A program made the translations under genes and the position numbers. A DNA stretch of 64,000 nucleotides from Octopus vulgaris (taxonomy: Eukaryota). The stretch is taken from the NCBI GenBank assembly GCA_951406725.2, contig OX597823.1:31062001-31126000 (forward strand), written 5' to 3'. The notes under the pieces are model-generated. The model was not told where the DNA came from. It saw nothing but the letters and a program-made list of their open reading frames with translations, and ran no database searches. Below, in pieces: positions 59,704-64,000 of the stretch; position 1 is the first letter of the stretch; each line of letters begins with the position of its first letter.

Positions 59704-60192
59704 ATTCATTTGTTAAATTTTAATTTATATAAATTATTTTATATTTTATGTATTGGCTTAAGTCTTTCTTTGTTTGATTTGCATAATAGTGGTTTTGTCT
59801 CTAATTTATTATAATATATATATATATATATAGTTCAAATTTACAGAAAACAAAAGACGAAGACAAGTGTACAAGTGTAGGAATAACAAGGTGATGTATT
59901 AGTTTAACGAGAAAATTGGAAAAGTATTTTACGTTTCGAGCCTAAACTCTTTGAAAGAAAGTATTAACAGGAAAAAAATGGAGAGAGAGTAAAAAAAAAC
60001 GAGAAAGAAAAACTGTTTAAAAAAGAGTTTAGCAGTCCAGTATGGCGGCATGACTGGAGAAAAGGAGGTTGAATGAAAGGGAGATAATAGTAAAAACGGA
60101 AATAGTGACCCCAACGACCCAAGGTGCGTGGGCGTTTGTGTGTATATGAGGATGTATTTGAGCGTGTATATGTGAAGGGGGCGAGTGAGTTT

Positions 60193-60240
<48 letters not shown>

Positions 60241-60280
60241 TGTGCGTGTGCGTGTGCGTGTGTGTAGCAGTTAATGTGTG

Positions 60281-60596
60281 CTGGTAGCTGTGTACAGTCG
60301 CCTGAATGTCGCCCAGATCGAGCTCTGGTCGCCATAGCGTCGACTGTGGGCTGGTAGCTGTGTACAGTCGCCTCAATGGCGCCCAGAGCGAGATCTAGTC
60401 GCCATAGCGTCGATTGTGGGCTTGTAGCTGTGTACAGTCGCCTGAATGTCGCCCAGAGCGAGCTGTGGTCCCCATAGCGTCGACTGTGGGATGGTAGCTG
60501 TGTACAGTCGCCTCAATGGCGCCCAGAGCGAGCTCTGGTCGCCATAGCGTCGATTGTGGGCTGGTAGCTGTGTACAGTCGCCTCAATGTCGCCCAG
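60281..60596. repeat. GC/CpG-rich 70-bp tandem repeat, about 4.5 copies
   Basis: Units start at 60281, 60351, 60421, 60491 and 60561 (CTGGTAGCTGTGTACAGTCGCC...). Alternating variants suggest a 140-bp higher-order unit. Confidence 0.95.
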
Positions 60597-60775
60597 TGAA
60601 ATAATGGAGAAGATATGATACTGCTGTGGGTGATATGATATTGCTGTACATGGACCCTAAGTATGGCATGTGTAAAAGTTGAATGAAATTGTTTGTGTAG
60701 TTCCCAAGTTTTAGGGATTCACACAGACAGACACACAATCTCAGTTTTATATATGTAGATACATACATATCTACA

Positions 60776-60821
<46 letters not shown>

Positions 60822-61327
60822 GAAACATACATACATATGCATATATATAGATATATATATATAAAGATACATGCATAAATATATACATACATGCATGCAA
60901 GAATACAAGCAAATATATGTGTATGTAATTGTTTTTTGTGTGTGTGTGTACATACGTAGGTACATACACATACTTTACCAACGATATATTGCCAACACAG
61001 TAAAGATATATTATAAATTCATTAATACAAAGTATTCACCTTCTTCTCAAAATACCCACCCAGCATGACGTCACATATCACATGACTAGTTTTGTTTCTC
61101 TTAATGGCTTCTCTTCGTATCCACTGATGAACATTATCATCCAGTCTGTTTTCTTAATTACATAGGTAACTATATAATTAAGCTTATGATATAGGTTTAA
61201 CTATAGAGTTACCTCCTCGCGTATACGGACAGATACACAACATACATACATACATACAATATGGGTGTGTACACTGTAATAATATAAAGATACGTATGTA
61301 TATTTTTAGAGGGAAATATATACATAT

Positions 61328-61411
<84 letters not shown>

Positions 61412-62067
61412 GTATAGATATAGAGATGTATGTCTGTATATATAAAACATGCACACACTAACATATATGCCTATATATACATAAACACGTATACATACGT
61501 ATATACACATATAGACATACATGCATATATATGTGTATGTATTGATATATGTAGTTACGTGCATGAATGCTCAGATATACGCATATGTGTGTATGTCTGT
61601 GTGTGTGTGTATGTGTACCCATGTAGGGCTGTACCTCTTTTCTATCATGCTGGAAGGAGAAATCACTTTCTTTGTTTAGAGACGTGATAGAGATACAGTA
61701 TTGAAAAGAGTGATTGATCAGATAAGGAGGGAGGAAAAGAAAGAAGGAAGGAAGGAAAGAAGGAAAGAAGGAAGGAAGGAAGGAAGGAAGGAAGGAAGGA
61801 AGGAAAGAAGGAAGGAAGGAAAGGAGGAAGGAAGGAAGGAAGGAAGGAAGGAAGGAAGGACAGAAAGATATGTAACCAAGGAGCATAGTTATTTCTCCCT
61901 CTTAAGTCTTCAGCAAGAAGGCCGTGAGTGAGGTGTTATCACTCGCAAAGAGGTGAAGAGATTCTGTCCAAATTATGCGTTAGCGAATGGATTACGAAAA
62001 AATATACAAACATACACAGACACATATATGTAATATATGTCTACAGATTTGTGTATGTCACCGTGCC

Positions 62068-62158
<91 letters not shown>

Positions 62159-62250
62159 CTGTGTGTATACATACATGCATACATAAATACATACATATCT
62201 ACCTACCTATCTTTTTCTATCTATCTATATATATTATACATACATACATA

Positions 62251-62380
<130 letters not shown>

Positions 62381-62720
62381 CTATATGTGTGTGTGTGTAT
62401 ACATTGATGCATGCATATGGAAATATGTATGAGTGTGTATTCAGTTTCATGGGTGCATAAGACTCACAAGTTTCAGGAAGTTTCATAGTTTCAAACTCCG
62501 CAAAGTTTGATGGCTGCTGAGGACATGGCCATCTCATCAGATGCTAAGAGCAGAGTGGGAAATGTAAAAGAAATTCGAGAATGCTTTTAGATTTTACCTT
62601 GACTAAAGCACTAGATGTTGTTAGACACATAACTATGAAGTGAATGCGTTAAGAACTAGGTTTCTGGATTGATTGCATTATCTTTAGCCAAACTCATCAA
62701 GACTTTTTATCTTCAGGAAT

Positions 62721-62784
<64 letters not shown>

Positions 62785-62789
62785 GTACG

Positions 62790-63246
62790 TTTATATATTT
62801 GTCGTGCAAGATTTTTTATGTGAAGTCGTGTGTTGAAACAGATATTGTTATATTTCGGAATGGTCATTTTGCCAGTTTAGCCAATAAAAACACACGCACT
62901 ATATATTTGGTGTTATTTTGCTTCAGTTTTATTTATTTTTTTACATTAATCTTAATCTTATTTCGGCCACACTAAATAAACATAGACGCACATAGAGATA
63001 TAAGCACGTGCAAATGAAGACATACCATAGAAATACAAAATGGCTGAATTAGTAAGGAGAGACACAAATAAGAAAGAAGAAAACAAAGGACCACTGATGC
63101 GGTCATAGGAGTGTGATGAAAGAACTCTGGCCGAAATAAGATTAAGATTAATGTAAAAAATAAATAACACTGAAGCAAAATAACACCAAATATATAGTGC
63201 ATGTGTTTTTATTGGCTAAACTGGCAAAATCACCATTCCGAAATAT

Positions 63247-63254
<8 letters not shown>
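62790..63254. repeat. Asymmetric inverted repeat (about 128-bp arms, 158-bp spacer)
   Basis: 62842-62969 versus 63128-63254, with few mismatches; flanked by (TA)n. Confidence 0.85.
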
Positions 63255-63308
<54 letters not shown>

Positions 63309-63329
63309 ATACATATATTCTTTTATTTT

Positions 63330-63537
63330 TTGTATTCTTTTACTTGTTTCAGTCGTTTGACTTTAGCCATGCTGCAGCACCGCCTTGTAGTTGAACAAAT
63401 CAACCCTAGGACTTATTCTTTGTAAGCCTAGTACTTATTTTATCGGTGTCTTTTTGCCGAGCAGCCAAGTTACGGGAAGGTAAACACACCAACATTGGTT
63501 GTCAAGCGATGATGGCGGGATAAATACAGACACACAA

Positions 63538-63570
<33 letters not shown>

Positions 63571-63731
63571 AAAGAATATATATACGACGGGCTTCTTTCA
63601 GTTTCCGTCTACAAAATCCAGTCACAAGGCTTTGGTTGACCTGAGGTTATAGTGGAAGGCACCTGTCCAAAGTACCACGCAGTGAGACTGAACCTGGATC
63701 CATGTGGTTGGGAAGCAACATAGCCATGCTT

Positions 63732-63735
<4 letters not shown>
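63330..63735 (-). mobile_element. SINE family 1 copy
   Basis: Full-length similarity to family 1. Confidence 0.88.
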
Positions 63736-63775
<40 letters not shown>

Positions 63776-63961
63776 ATAAAGAACTTATAAATAAATTATA
63801 TGGTAAATGGACATTATGTCCAGTTTTCGGCATATTTGGCATTAGGAAATTTTTTCGTTTGCCCTTATTTATAAGTTGTTTATAATTTAACCTTTAAAGG
63901 TACTTTTTAATATGCTGGCCAATGATTAAATTTTTTTTCGAAAAAATTTTATCCTACATTA

Positions 63962-64000
<39 letters not shown>

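Larger units (their letters stand above)
59372..59817. mobile_element. Penelope-like pLTR pair in asymmetric inverted orientation
   Basis: Arms about 59451-59616 and 59652-59817 are near-identical (one mismatch seen) with a 35-bp spacer. Each arm carries a hammerhead, and the unit is flanked by (TA)n. A degenerate tail copy lies at about 8715-8782. Confidence 0.7.

Noticed and set aside
60281-60596. CRISPR-like array
   Set aside because: The whole units repeat with no unique spacers, there are no cas genes, and the context is eukaryotic.
63087-63145. Hammerhead CUGAUGC-GGUCA..UGGCC-GAAA
   Set aside because: A9 is missing, and no stem III/UH/stem I partner was found; at most a broken relic.

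Overview
This is repeat-saturated, AT-rich animal non-coding DNA. It is most likely octopus or another cephalopod, inferred from the tRNA-derived SINE families and the extreme (TA)n/(CA)n/(TATG)n/(GATA)n/(TAA)n density. No intact host gene is recognisable, and almost all of the ORF track is microsatellite translation. The window holds many SINE copies and relics of CR1/L2, R4/Dong-type, Tx1/L1 and RTE LINEs. It also has a Gypsy integrase split by a SINE and a LINE, Tc1, mariner and maT transposases, a hAT MITE and probable Helitrons. The main signal is a set of short elements set in microsatellites that carry hammerhead-ribozyme motifs. Several are minimal type I hammerheads like those of Penelope-like elements, including one inverted pair. 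Five loci from three families with unrelated primary sequence (15100-15224, 23224-23367, 32246-32356, 36569-36704, 50235-50376) share one non-circularly permuted hammerhead layout. Its order is: closing helix, hairpin, stem II, extended stem III, UH cleavage site, stem I, stem II', GAAA, stem III', stem I', CUGANGA, closing helix'. The geometry suggests cleavage by docking of two copies. All structures were folded by eye and none has been tested.
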